Assembly (NCBI GenBank): GCA_015069495.1
Contig: SVIN01000006.1
Location: 10,847 to 74,846 of the forward strand
Direction: 5' to 3'
Length of the DNA: 64,000 nt
Origin: Clostridiales bacterium
GTDB lineage: Bacteria; Bacillota; Clostridia; Christensenellales; Borkfalkiaceae
The position numbers and the translations under genes were made by a program. Shown here piece after piece: positions 45,791 through 55,322 of the stretch; within the stretch, counting starts at the first letter, position 1; every line of letters begins with the position of its first letter. Below the pieces are notes generated by a model. The model did no database searches. It had not been told where the DNA came from and saw only the letters and a program-made list of their open reading frames with translations.

Positions 45791-48700
45791 ATGGCGCAGA
45801 AAATTAGAAAATTGGAAGAAATTTTATCGATTACGGGAGAAGTTGCAAAGGTTATATCCTATGCTGATTATTTTGCCCGCCGTCCATTGTTTTCCACTTT
45901 ACAAATTCAAAACCAAGGCGACGAAACTATGGAAGGGTTGCGGTTGAGCGTACAAAACGCCAATGGTATGCTGTTGCCTTGCGAGAAGGAAGTGGACGTA
46001 CCGTTTGAAAGTACGGTCGAGGTGGATTTGGGCAGTATTTTATCCCCCTTGTATTTTTCCAATATTGAACAAGCGGCGGAAGAACGAATTGTCGTTACTT
46101 TACGCAAGGATAAAAAAATTATCGTCGAGCAACAGTATACCTTGACCGCTTTGCCTTTTGATTATTGGCAGGGTACGGACGGGGATGCGGAATTGCTCGC
46201 TTCGTTTGTCAGACCGAAATTGGGGGATTGCGCGCGCGTTCGTGCGGAGATTGCCGACCAATTGAAAAAGTGGAATACCCCCTGTGAATTGGGCGGGTAC
46301 GTTGGCAATGACAAAAACGCCGTACGCCGTATCATTGCGGCGTTGTACGCGGTGTTACGCCGTCATTCTATCTTGAAGAAGCCCTGCGTTTTGACCGAAC
46401 CCGTTTCCGCGGGTGCGGGTACGAAAATCTTGTCCGAACGCAAAGCAAGCGTTTTGGAAATTGCATTGTTCGCCTGCAGTTGCTTGGAAAATATGGGTTT
46501 GCATTCGGTATTGGTATTCGGGGAAAAAGAGGTATCCGTGGGTGTGTGGCTCTATGACAGCTGTTTCCTTGACACCGTGTCGGATGATATGCAACGCTTG
46601 GACGCGTACATTGCCGAAGGTATCAACAACGTAAGCTGTTTTGACGTGGAAGATTTGTTCTCGGATAAAAACGCAGCGTACTCCACCTCGGAAAATCATT
46701 TCCGTCAGAAATTGCAATCAGGGTATTACGAACGGTACGTAGACGTGCGCCGTTGCCGTATCGCATCGATTGCGCCCCTGCCTTTACGCGCGAAGAGCGT
46801 AAAAGGGTTTGAGGTGTTGTCGGAAGAGGATATGTCCCCCGATGCGGCACCGAGAGAATTGCGCGAAACGCAGAAACTCTCCTTAGATACGGAAGAAACG
46901 CGTGATAAGCAATGGGAACGCAGATTGTTGGATTTATCCATGAAAAACACTCTGCTGAACTTTAACCCTGCAAAGATGGCGGTGAAAATTCTTTCCGCCT
47001 CGTCGGATAAGACCTTGGATGCGTTGACCGAGCAGGATGAATTGGTGTTTGCGCCCGTCAGCGACGAAGTGAAGAAGATTTCGGATAAAAAGCAGGATTT
47101 CGGCATTGGCAATACAGCGAAACAAATGCGGGAATTGATTGATTTGGAAAATCAATCGGGGTTGGTACGCACCTACATGGATTCGACTGCTATGTTAGAA
47201 TCGTTGGGTCGTTTACAGCGTAAAAATAAAGAATCATACGAGGAATCGGGCGCGAAAATTTTGTACCTTTCGATGGGGTTTTTGAAGTGGTATTCGAAGA
47301 TGGATGGCGCAGAACATTACGCGCCGTTGGTGCTTTTACCCGTACAAATCAAACGTAGCAAAGGTGCAAGCGGTTATGCTTTGTCTGTGACGGACGAGGA
47401 CGTTTCCGTCAATACCACTTTGCTTGAATTTTTGAAGCAGGATTTCAACATCGATATCCGCGGTTTGGCGGATGCGATTCACGGGTTGAAGATTTCCGAA
47501 ATTCTCGCCATGGTGCGTGTGGAAATCGTCAAAATGCGTAATTGGGAAGTCATTGACGACGTATACCTTGCGGCGTTCTCCTTCGCGCGCTATCAAATGT
47601 GGAACGATCTTCGCCAAAACATCAATGAATTTTCGAAAAATAAAATCATCGAAGCGTTGTTGGATAATTCGATTTTGGCAGGCGGTTTAGAGGAAACGGC
47701 GAAAGAAGACGATGTTTCGCCTGAAACTACCCTTACTCCGTTGCCGGCGGACGCTTCGCAGTGGAGCGCGATCAACTTGTCGCAAAAGGGCAGAAGCTTC
47801 GTGTTGCACGGCCCCCCTGGTACGGGGAAATCGCAGACGATTACCAACATCATCGCAAACGCGTTAAACGATAACCGCAGCGTATTGTTCGTTGCGGAAA
47901 AACAAGCGGCTTTGTCTGTGGTTAAAAAACGTTTGGATAGTTTGGGGTTGGGAGATTTCTGTTTAGAATTACACTCGAATAAGACCAATAAAACCGAAGT
48001 GCTTCAAAAATTGCAAAACACCCTCGCGCTTGCGGGCGCGCAGGAGCAGGTGCGTTTGGATGAAACAGCGGTTTCTATCGCGCGTTTGAAAAATGAAATC
48101 GCCGAGCCGATGGAAGCGTTACACAAAAAACGCCGTTTGGGTGTGTCTGTGTATGAAGCGTTATTGATTTGCTTGCAAAACAAAAACGCCCCGACCATCA
48201 TGAATATCGAAAGCACTTTCTACGACGGTTTGACCAAGGAAAAAATGGACGAATACGAACGTATGATGGTGCAAGCGGCAGTTGCCGCGAAAGAATGCGG
48301 CGGCGTGCATAACACACCTTTTACCAACGTAAACGTGTCTGAATATAGCTTGGAATTGCGTGATTTAATCTATTGCTCGTCCGAGGTTATGATTGCGGAA
48401 ATTAAGCATTTGAAGAACTATATTGCGCTGTTCTTGGATTTGTACGGTCAAAATATCAGCACGCTGACTCGTAAGAAGTTGGAGAATCTCTACGAGATTG
48501 CCAAGCGTTTGCAAAGCGGTTCGCTGAATAAATATTTTAAGGAAAACGAAGAGGCGTTTTTCGCGTTCTTTAACGCCAACAGACGGTTGGATATCTGCCT
48601 TGAAAAGTATTTCGCATCCTGCAAAAAATTGGTGGATTTGGGCAAGGAATACAAGGAACTTGGCGAATGGCTTGATGCGGGTAAAACCGATTATGACAAG

Positions 48701-51439
48701 AATAAAACCATCAAAGGTATCGTGAAAAAGCTGAATAAGGTTTTGAAAGAGGATTTGGATGAAGCGACCTTGTTGCAACTGTTGAAAACAATCTACGATA
48801 TCTACGAATCAATGGATGCGATTCGTTCAAACACTTCGTTGGTACAATATTTCACCTTCGCGTTTGGCAGAGTGGACTTCTTCGATGCCCGCAGAAATTT
48901 CATGAAAGAGTTATACGATTTGCATCAGTTGTGCGCGTCCGTATTTATGGATTACAATGCGGACAGCTTCAACAGTATGTGTATGCGCGCGACGTGCGGG
49001 TATACTATGCCCGTCTTAAAAGGTTTGATGCGCTCGATGGGAAGTTTTAAGGAAGCAGAGAATAGTTTCCTTGAAATAACGCAAGCGGACAGAGAACGCT
49101 TGCCTGAGGAAGAAGTGTTGGAAATTTACACCTCGAAAGCGGGCGCGTTGATTGAAAACATTGACATGCTTGCCAACTGGTGTATGTATAAAAAGACAGC
49201 GCGCGCGTTGAACGATGCGGGTTTAACCTTCATCACCGATGCATTGGAAAACGGTTCGGTGACGGGTGAAAATATCGTGGAAAGCTTCGAAAAGAACGTT
49301 TATAAAAACTTCTTGCAGACGAATATTCCGCTCGACCCCGTATTGGCTCGTTTCTCGGCGGCAGTCTCCGAAGAAAAGGCGGAGAACTTGCGCGCGTTAA
49401 TGGATGAGTTTGCGAAACTTACCAAAGAACATATCCGTGCAAAATTGATTTCCCGCTTGCCTGTAGATACGGCGGACAGTACGCTTGCCTTGGAATTGGC
49501 AAATTTCCAACGTTTGACAAAGACCAATTTGCGCGGGGTGGGCTTACGCCGTCTGTTTGAAGATGCGCCCGAGCTGATGAAAACGCTTGCACCTTGTATG
49601 CTCATGAGTCCGATTACCGTATCGCAATATTTGCGCGCGGAAAACGGTTTGTTCGATTTGGTTATCTTTGACGAAGCCTCTCAAATTCCTACCGCGGAAG
49701 CGATTTGTTCGATTGCGCGCGGTAAGAGTTCGATTATCGTCGGCGATCCCAAACAGTTGCCTCCCACCGTATTCTTCAACAGCACTTACGTAGATGAAGA
49801 CAATTTGGAAAACGAGGATATGGAAAGTATTCTTGACGACTGCTTGACCATCAATATGGCGCAAAGGCATTTGACGTGGCATTATAGAAGTAAGCACGAA
49901 AGTTTGATTGCATTCTCTAATACTATGTACTATGAAAACAGATTGTGTACCTTCCCTTCGCCTGATACATTGGCAAGTAAAGTGCACTTCCAATACGTGG
50001 AAGATGGTATTTACGATCGCGGTGGTACGAAGCGTAATAAAGAGGAAGGGGATAAGTTGGTCAAAGAAGTATTGCGCCGTTTGACCGATCCCAAGGCGAG
50101 CAAGCAGAGTATGGGCGTCGTGACGTTTAGTACGGCGCAGAAGGAATATATCGAACGCAAACTCTCTGCGGCGATAGCCGAAAGAAAGTTGGAAAAAGTT
50201 GCATACGAACGCGAAGAGCCGCTGTTTGTCAAGAACCTTGAAAACGTGCAGGGGGACGAACGCGACGTGATTTTGTTCTCCGTTTGCTACGGCCCCGACC
50301 GTTTGGGCAGAATATCTTTGAATTTCGGGCCTTTGAATCAGTTTGGCGGTTGGCGCCGTTTGAACGTTGCCGTATCTCGTGCGCGTGAAGAAATGTTGGT
50401 CTTCTCGTCTATGACGGGTGCGATGATTGACGTTTCCAAGACGAAATCCCGCGGGGTAATGGGTTTGAAAGCCTTCCTTGAATTTGCACAGAAAGGCCGT
50501 ACTAACCTTGCAATTTCCTCGGCAAACGTTATGCGTAAAAAGGATGGTATCGGGAAGTATATCGCGGATGAGTTGGCTTCCTACGGGTATGATTGCCGTT
50601 ATGATGTGGGTGCGTCCGGGTTTAAGGTGGACGTTGCCGTGATTGACCCGAAGGATAGAAAACGCTTTATTTTGGCGATTATGTGCGATACGCCCAATCG
50701 TTTCTCGATTAAGGACAGAAACGTGTTGCAGTTGCAAACGCTTAAGCGCAACAACTGGAACGTAATGCGTATTTACTCGGTAAACTATTACAACAACCCT
50801 AAACGTGAAATTAAGAAAATCAAGGATTTGCTTGATAAGTTGACGGGCGCGGATAAAAAGGGCGGTGCGGAGCTTAACCGTTATAAAAAGACCTATAAGC
50901 AGGCAACGCTGACCAACATTGAAACAGACAGCGCATACGTCACCTCGGGTGAAAACGATAAGGATATCATCAATCGTTTGAAACTGATTGTGGCGGCGGA
51001 GGAACCCATTTCGACCGAATTCCTCATCCGCAGATGCTTAAACAGTTTGGGGATTACCAAATATGGTTCGAAGGTGGAAACACGCATGCAGGCGTTGATT
51101 GGCCTTTGCGGGTTTAAGTACGAGAAAGTGCTGGGTATGTCCTTCTATCATAAGACGGATAAATGTATCAGCTATGACCGCTACCGTGTGGAAGTAGGGG
51201 AAACGGTACGTAAAAATGAAGAGGATTATACTCCTTATGAAATTATCTCCATCGTGCGCGGTGCGTTAGAAGATAAGGTGGCGTTGTACATGGAAGAAAT
51301 TCAAACCATAGTTGCCTCTGTGTTCCGTGTGGTGAAACCGACGGACGGCTTTGCTTCCTACGTCAACGATTGCGTGACGTTGGGTGAAGAAAAGGGTTGG
51401 TTTGTGCGTTCCGTTTCGGATAGAATTTCTTTGGCGTAA
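45791..51439 (+). CDS. giant SF1 (Upf1-like) helicase with DUF4011-like region, PD-(D/E)xK (MTES_1575/DUF559-like) domain and DUF3320-like C-terminus; Hhe-like architecture
   Basis: 1882 aa. RLLDLSMKNTLLNF (DUF4011-type). Walker A GPPGTGKSQ at nt 47810-47836. Motif II FDEASQ, then GDPKQLPPT, QGDERDVILFS and NVAVSRAREEM. Next VDVAVIDP...LAIMCDT...NWNVMRIYS, a REase-like fold. Then a tail containing AAEEPIS..FLIRRC. Confidence 0.85.
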   Translation: MAQKIRKLEEILSITGEVAKVISYADYFARRPLFSTLQIQNQGDETMEGLRLSVQNANGMLLPCEKEVDVPFESTVEVDLGSILSPLYFSNIEQAAEERIVVTLRKDKKIIVEQQYTLTALPFDYWQGTDGDAELLASFVRPKLGDCARVRAEIADQLKKWNTPCELGGYVGNDKNAVRRIIAALYAVLRRHSILKKPCVLTEPVSAGAGTKILSERKASVLEIALFACSCLENMGLHSVLVFGEKEVSVGVWLYDSCFLDTVSDDMQRLDAYIAEGINNVSCFDVEDLFSDKNAAYSTSENHFRQKLQSGYYERYVDVRRCRIASIAPLPLRAKSVKGFEVLSEEDMSPDAAPRELRETQKLSLDTEETRDKQWERRLLDLSMKNTLLNFNPAKMAVKILSASSDKTLDALTEQDELVFAPVSDEVKKISDKKQDFGIGNTAKQMRELIDLENQSGLVRTYMDSTAMLESLGRLQRKNKESYEESGAKILYLSMGFLKWYSKMDGAEHYAPLVLLPVQIKRSKGASGYALSVTDEDVSVNTTLLEFLKQDFNIDIRGLADAIHGLKISEILAMVRVEIVKMRNWEVIDDVYLAAFSFARYQMWNDLRQNINEFSKNKIIEALLDNSILAGGLEETAKEDDVSPETTLTPLPADASQWSAINLSQKGRSFVLHGPPGTGKSQTITNIIANALNDNRSVLFVAEKQAALSVVKKRLDSLGLGDFCLELHSNKTNKTEVLQKLQNTLALAGAQEQVRLDETAVSIARLKNEIAEPMEALHKKRRLGVSVYEALLICLQNKNAPTIMNIESTFYDGLTKEKMDEYERMMVQAAVAAKECGGVHNTPFTNVNVSEYSLELRDLIYCSSEVMIAEIKHLKNYIALFLDLYGQNISTLTRKKLENLYEIAKRLQSGSLNKYFKENEEAFFAFFNANRRLDICLEKYFASCKKLVDLGKEYKELGEWLDAGKTDYDKNKTIKGIVKKLNKVLKEDLDEATLLQLLKTIYDIYESMDAIRSNTSLVQYFTFAFGRVDFFDARRNFMKELYDLHQLCASVFMDYNADSFNSMCMRATCGYTMPVLKGLMRSMGSFKEAENSFLEITQADRERLPEEEVLEIYTSKAGALIENIDMLANWCMYKKTARALNDAGLTFITDALENGSVTGENIVESFEKNVYKNFLQTNIPLDPVLARFSAAVSEEKAENLRALMDEFAKLTKEHIRAKLISRLPVDTADSTLALELANFQRLTKTNLRGVGLRRLFEDAPELMKTLAPCMLMSPITVSQYLRAENGLFDLVIFDEASQIPTAEAICSIARGKSSIIVGDPKQLPPTVFFNSTYVDEDNLENEDMESILDDCLTINMAQRHLTWHYRSKHESLIAFSNTMYYENRLCTFPSPDTLASKVHFQYVEDGIYDRGGTKRNKEEGDKLVKEVLRRLTDPKASKQSMGVVTFSTAQKEYIERKLSAAIAERKLEKVAYEREEPLFVKNLENVQGDERDVILFSVCYGPDRLGRISLNFGPLNQFGGWRRLNVAVSRAREEMLVFSSMTGAMIDVSKTKSRGVMGLKAFLEFAQKGRTNLAISSANVMRKKDGIGKYIADELASYGYDCRYDVGASGFKVDVAVIDPKDRKRFILAIMCDTPNRFSIKDRNVLQLQTLKRNNWNVMRIYSVNYYNNPKREIKKIKDLLDKLTGADKKGGAELNRYKKTYKQATLTNIETDSAYVTSGENDKDIINRLKLIVAAEEPISTEFLIRRCLNSLGITKYGSKVETRMQALIGLCGFKYEKVLGMSFYHKTDKCISYDRYRVEVGETVRKNEEDYTPYEIISIVRGALEDKVALYMEEIQTIVASVFRVVKPTDGFASYVNDCVTLGEEKGWFVRSVSDRISLA

Positions 51440-51466
51440 GATTTTTAAGGATAAAATTTATACAGT

Positions 51467-53134
51467 ATGAGTAGCAAGATTGCATTGAAAAGAGAAAGGG
51501 TGGATAAACTGTTTAATTTCCGTCCCTTCCTTTTCGGTGCAATCTTTTTTGCTTTTGGCATCGTCTTCTCTCTGGCGCATTATTTACATGAGGTGCATGC
51601 CGTGTGGATGTTGTGCGTGTTGCCTTGCGCCCTGATTCCCTTTTTCTTCTGTTCCGAAAAACGGCAATGGCTTCGGGTTGGATATGCCATGCTTGGTTTG
51701 TGTGTATGCTTCTTGGTCGGCTTTTTCGGGTTTGCCTTACAGATGGAACGTTATCAACGTGTGGAAAGTACGTATGATTGCTATTTCACAGGCAAAGTGG
51801 TGGAAATGCGGGAAGGTTATGGTGAAGTCGGTTTGGTGTTGGATGATTTATCCGTGAACGGAGAAGTATATCAATGTAAACTCATCGCGTACATGCCTAT
51901 GTCCTTTTGTGGAAATATCGGGTTATCCGACGTGTTGACTTTACATGGCGATATTGAAAAAATCGGTTTGGACGAGGATGGATTTGGACGTTATGCGAAG
52001 GATTTTGGTAAACGCATTTTTCTATCGTCCAATCGCCCCGAGGGTAGAAAAACGGGGCATGCGTTTGATTTATTTTTAATGTTGAACGCTCGCGCTCGTC
52101 AGGTGATTGAGGCAGGAATGGACAAAACACCCGCCGCAGTCACGAAAGGGGTATTGCTTGGCGATACCACGGGGATAGAGTCGGGATTGTATGAAAATAT
52201 CCGTTACGGCGGGGTGGCTCATATCTTTGCCGTCTCGGGGTTGCACGTGGGGGCACTGTTTGCCTTTTGTCTGTTATTGATGAAGAAGACGGGATTGAAA
52301 CGAGCGCCTGCACTTTTACAATTCATCTTAACGGCAAGCGTGCTGTTTCTTTATGCAGGGATGTGCGCGTTTACGCCGTCCGTTGTCCGCGCAAGTGTTA
52401 TGTGCTTGGTTGGATATATGTGCAAGTTGGTATTGGTTAAATTCGACTTCTTACAATCGTTGGGTTTATCTGCGATTGCGGTTTTGTTTTTTACACCTTC
52501 ATCATTGTTTACGGCAGGGTTTCAACTCTCCTTTTCGGCGTGCTTTGGGATTGCGTTTTTGGCGAAACCCATAGGGCAGGTATTTGATGAAGTTGCAAAA
52601 GGCTTTCGATATTTCTTCCCGCAAAAGCCTACCTCCGCAGAAATCGAAGCAATGAAAAACGATGATACCATGCCCCCTCGTTTGAGCACCCGCGCTTATC
52701 GTGCTGTGTCTTCGTTCTTGGCGGTCAGTATGAGTGCGCAAATTTTTACCGCACCGTTTTTGCTGTACTATTTCGGATATGTGTCGGGTTGGGCGTTGTT
52801 GCTCAATTGCATCTTCGTGCCTTTTATCAGTTTGATTTTCTCGCTGTTGTTGGCAGCGGTGGTGTTGGCGTGTCTATTGCCGACGGCTTGGGCAAGCGTT
52901 TTGTTGTTCCTGCCAAACACTTTGTGGTCGGCTGTACTGCTGTTATTTGAGGCGGTTGATTTTACTTCGTTTGCCTTGGAAATAGAAAACGTTTCGATAT
53001 CCATGGCGGCGGTCTATATCTTGGGATTCTTGTTCTGTACGGACAAATGGAACGTAAGCAAGTGGACGCGCTTTGTGCTTGCGATGGCATGTTTTTGTGT
53101 GTTTGGCGTGGGCATGTATGCGTTGAACGTATAA
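51467..53134 (+). CDS. comEC: ComEC/Rec2-family membrane protein with no metallo-beta-lactamase domain
   Basis: GVAHIFAVSGLHVG competence-domain signature. Many TM segments. No HxHxDH motif. 555 aa. Confidence 0.8.
   Translation: MSSKIALKRERVDKLFNFRPFLFGAIFFAFGIVFSLAHYLHEVHAVWMLCVLPCALIPFFFCSEKRQWLRVGYAMLGLCVCFLVGFFGFALQMERYQRVESTYDCYFTGKVVEMREGYGEVGLVLDDLSVNGEVYQCKLIAYMPMSFCGNIGLSDVLTLHGDIEKIGLDEDGFGRYAKDFGKRIFLSSNRPEGRKTGHAFDLFLMLNARARQVIEAGMDKTPAAVTKGVLLGDTTGIESGLYENIRYGGVAHIFAVSGLHVGALFAFCLLLMKKTGLKRAPALLQFILTASVLFLYAGMCAFTPSVVRASVMCLVGYMCKLVLVKFDFLQSLGLSAIAVLFFTPSSLFTAGFQLSFSACFGIAFLAKPIGQVFDEVAKGFRYFFPQKPTSAEIEAMKNDDTMPPRLSTRAYRAVSSFLAVSMSAQIFTAPFLLYYFGYVSGWALLLNCIFVPFISLIFSLLLAAVVLACLLPTAWASVLLFLPNTLWSAVLLLFEAVDFTSFALEIENVSISMAAVYILGFLFCTDKWNVSKWTRFVLAMACFCVFGVGMYALNV
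53110..53127 (+). repeat. dispersed motif copy at the comEC 3' end
   Basis: GGGCATGTATGCGTTGAA. Encodes the terminal GMYALN of the ComEC ORF. Confidence 0.7.
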
Positions 53135-53165
53135 TTTCTGCCAAAAAGAAAATGTAAAAAAAGTC

Positions 53166-53194
53166 TTGCTTTTTTGCATAAGTTATGCTATAAT
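53166..53194 (+). promoter_or_regulatory. extended -10 promoter of holA
   Basis: TTGCTT (53166-53171), 17-nt spacer including TGc, TATAAT (53189-53194). Confidence 0.55.
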
Positions 53195-53225
53195 ATAGCA
53201 TATAGAATATTGGGAGGCGTATTTC

Positions 53226-54224
53226 GTGAAATATATCGACTTTAAAAAATTCACAGATGAACACGGCGCGCAACCCATTTATCTGTTTGAGGGAGAAGAA
53301 GTATACTTCCGTGAAAAAGGGGAGGCGTTGCTTAAATCCCGATTTCTACAAGAACCCACGCTTGATTATGCATCCTTTGACGGCGCTTCGTTAAAAGGGG
53401 ATAAAATCAAGGGGTTGATTGACGCGGTCAATTGTTTTCCATTTGTCAGTGAAAAGCGTGTGGTTTGCGTGCGGGAATTTTACCCCACGGAAAAGGATTT
53501 TGATTTTTATTTAAAAGACTTGTTCGACAATCCCCCGTTGACGTCCATTTTGTTGATTTCCAACGGCGGGAAGGGGAAAACTGGCATCGCACCCTTGGCG
53601 AAAAAATCCAACGTCACCTACGTGGATTGCGCGCGTTCGGATGAAGAAACCATCAAGAAATGGATTTACGTGACTTGTAAACGCGCGGGTTTGTACGCAG
53701 ATGGCGTTACCTGTGGGAAGTTGGCGTCCTATTGTGTGTATGACATGTCACGTGTGGCGCAGGAAACGGAGAAATTGCTTGGTTATTGCGCGGCTGTGGG
53801 GGCAACTCGTTTGACGGATGAAGTGGTCGAAGAGTTGGTTTATCCCGATGCGGAGTATAAAATTTACGAACTCGCCAATGCGTTGGCGCGGAAAAATTAT
53901 TCGGTATATATGCGGGTAATCAAGGACTTATCCACCCGCGGATTCAACGAAACGGCATTGCTTTCCTCGTTGGTTTCCTACTTCAAAGGCTTGTATGAAA
54001 CCTCGCTTTGTAAGGGGAGTGACCAAGAGGTAGCAACGGCACTGGGGATTAAGGAGTACGCCGCAAGAAAGAACCGCGAACAGGCGGCAAAGTTCGGGAA
54101 AGAACGCTTGTTGCAATTATACAACGACGTGTACGGGGCAATCAGCGACGTGAAATGCGGTGTCATCACCCCTGCTTCCGCTTTAAAGACGGTGACGGCG
54201 CGCTTGTTTTTTGAAAAAATATAA
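53226..54224 (+). CDS. holA: DNA polymerase III delta subunit
   Basis: 332 aa. IYLFEGEE N-terminal pattern. Conserved comEC-holA adjacency. GTG start after GGGAGG. Confidence 0.8.
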   Translation: MKYIDFKKFTDEHGAQPIYLFEGEEVYFREKGEALLKSRFLQEPTLDYASFDGASLKGDKIKGLIDAVNCFPFVSEKRVVCVREFYPTEKDFDFYLKDLFDNPPLTSILLISNGGKGKTGIAPLAKKSNVTYVDCARSDEETIKKWIYVTCKRAGLYADGVTCGKLASYCVYDMSRVAQETEKLLGYCAAVGATRLTDEVVEELVYPDAEYKIYELANALARKNYSVYMRVIKDLSTRGFNETALLSSLVSYFKGLYETSLCKGSDQEVATALGIKEYAARKNREQAAKFGKERLLQLYNDVYGAISDVKCGVITPASALKTVTARLFFEKI

Positions 54225-54334
54225 AATTCTAAAAGAAAAAGCTTTAAATCACTTTCTTTTTCTTGGGGAATTATATATAATATAATGGTAAGTTATTTAC
54301 TCAGCGCATAGCTCAGTGCGCGATAGGAGGAAAT

Positions 54335-55210
54335 ATGTTGACAACTCTTTTGGCAAACAGCGTTGATTTTGCAAAATTGATGGAAAACGTTACGGCGTTT
54401 TTTGTTAATTTCAGCGTTTTACACGCGATTGAAATTTTGTTCTTCTTTGGCATTATTTTCTTCGCATCAAAGGTATTACGCGATAACGGTGCTACTAAGC
54501 TGATGATTGTGTATTGGATCATGTTGCTTGCGGGCGGTGCGATGCACGTATTTGACGGGGAAGTCATGGATAAACAGTTTTTCATGTTTTACGTTGTGAT
54601 TTTATCCTCGGTGATGTTCATTTTGTTTAATGTGGAAGCAAAGAAATATTTCTGGGACGTGCATAAATCAAAAAGCAGCGGTACGGAAGTTTTTTCCAGA
54701 CATACGGAAACGTATACACAAGCGGACAGCGAACGTTGTATTACCAATATTGTCAAAGCGTTGCAGAATATGTCCAAGAACAACATTGGTGCGTTGATTG
54801 TGCTTTCGCGCGGCAGTTTGCCGAAACAAGTGGTACAAAGCGGCGTGGCAATTGATGCGGAAATTTCCACCCAAATGATTGAAGGGGTATTCTTCCCCAA
54901 AGCGCCTTTGCACGACGGCGCGATGATTATTCACGGGCATAAAATTCAAGCGGCGGGGTGTTTCCTGCCTTTGACGCAGAAAACCAGCTATCCCAAGGAA
55001 TACGGTACCCGCCATCGCGCAGGGATTGGTATTACCGAGGTGGCAAACGTAATCTCGTTGATTGTTTCTGAAGAAACGGGGATTATCTCGGTGGTGAAGC
55101 AGGGCAACGTGACCCGCTATGCCGATTATGATATGTTGGTGGAAACCTTGAAGGATTATTATTGGCAAGATATTGCTTTGATGAAAAAGAGCGGAGGTAA
55201 CAAATCGTGA
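54335..55210 (+). CDS. cdaA: diadenylate cyclase CdaA
   Basis: Three N-terminal TM segments, then the DAC domain (GALIVL, LHDGAMII, GTRHRAGIGITE). Confidence 0.93.
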   Translation: MLTTLLANSVDFAKLMENVTAFFVNFSVLHAIEILFFFGIIFFASKVLRDNGATKLMIVYWIMLLAGGAMHVFDGEVMDKQFFMFYVVILSSVMFILFNVEAKKYFWDVHKSKSSGTEVFSRHTETYTQADSERCITNIVKALQNMSKNNIGALIVLSRGSLPKQVVQSGVAIDAEISTQMIEGVFFPKAPLHDGAMIIHGHKIQAAGCFLPLTQKTSYPKEYGTRHRAGIGITEVANVISLIVSEETGIISVVKQGNVTRYADYDMLVETLKDYYWQDIALMKKSGGNKS

Positions 55211-55311
55211 AATTTGGTCAATTTTTAAAAAATGTATTTATTTCTAATTTTTGGGTGAAGTTGATTTCCTTGTTGCTTGCGCTGTTTGTGGTGTTGGTAA
55301 TCAACATATAA
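55207..55311 (+). pseudogene. 34-codon ORF matching only the N-terminal TM anchor of CdaR (YbbR); a remnant or a minimal peptide
   Basis: GTGA overlap with the cdaA stop. Encodes VKFGQFLKNVFISNFWVKLISLLLALFVVLVINI, resembling the CdaR N-terminus. No YbbR domains follow. Confidence 0.4.
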
Positions 55312-55322
55312 TAGAGGTGTAT

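Noticed and set aside
54300-54325. tRNA-like string GCGCATAGCTCAGTGCGCG upstream of cdaA.
   Set aside because: It resembles only a D-arm. No acceptor stem, anticodon arm or T-arm (GTTCRANYC) follows, so it is just a short hairpin in the cdaA leader.
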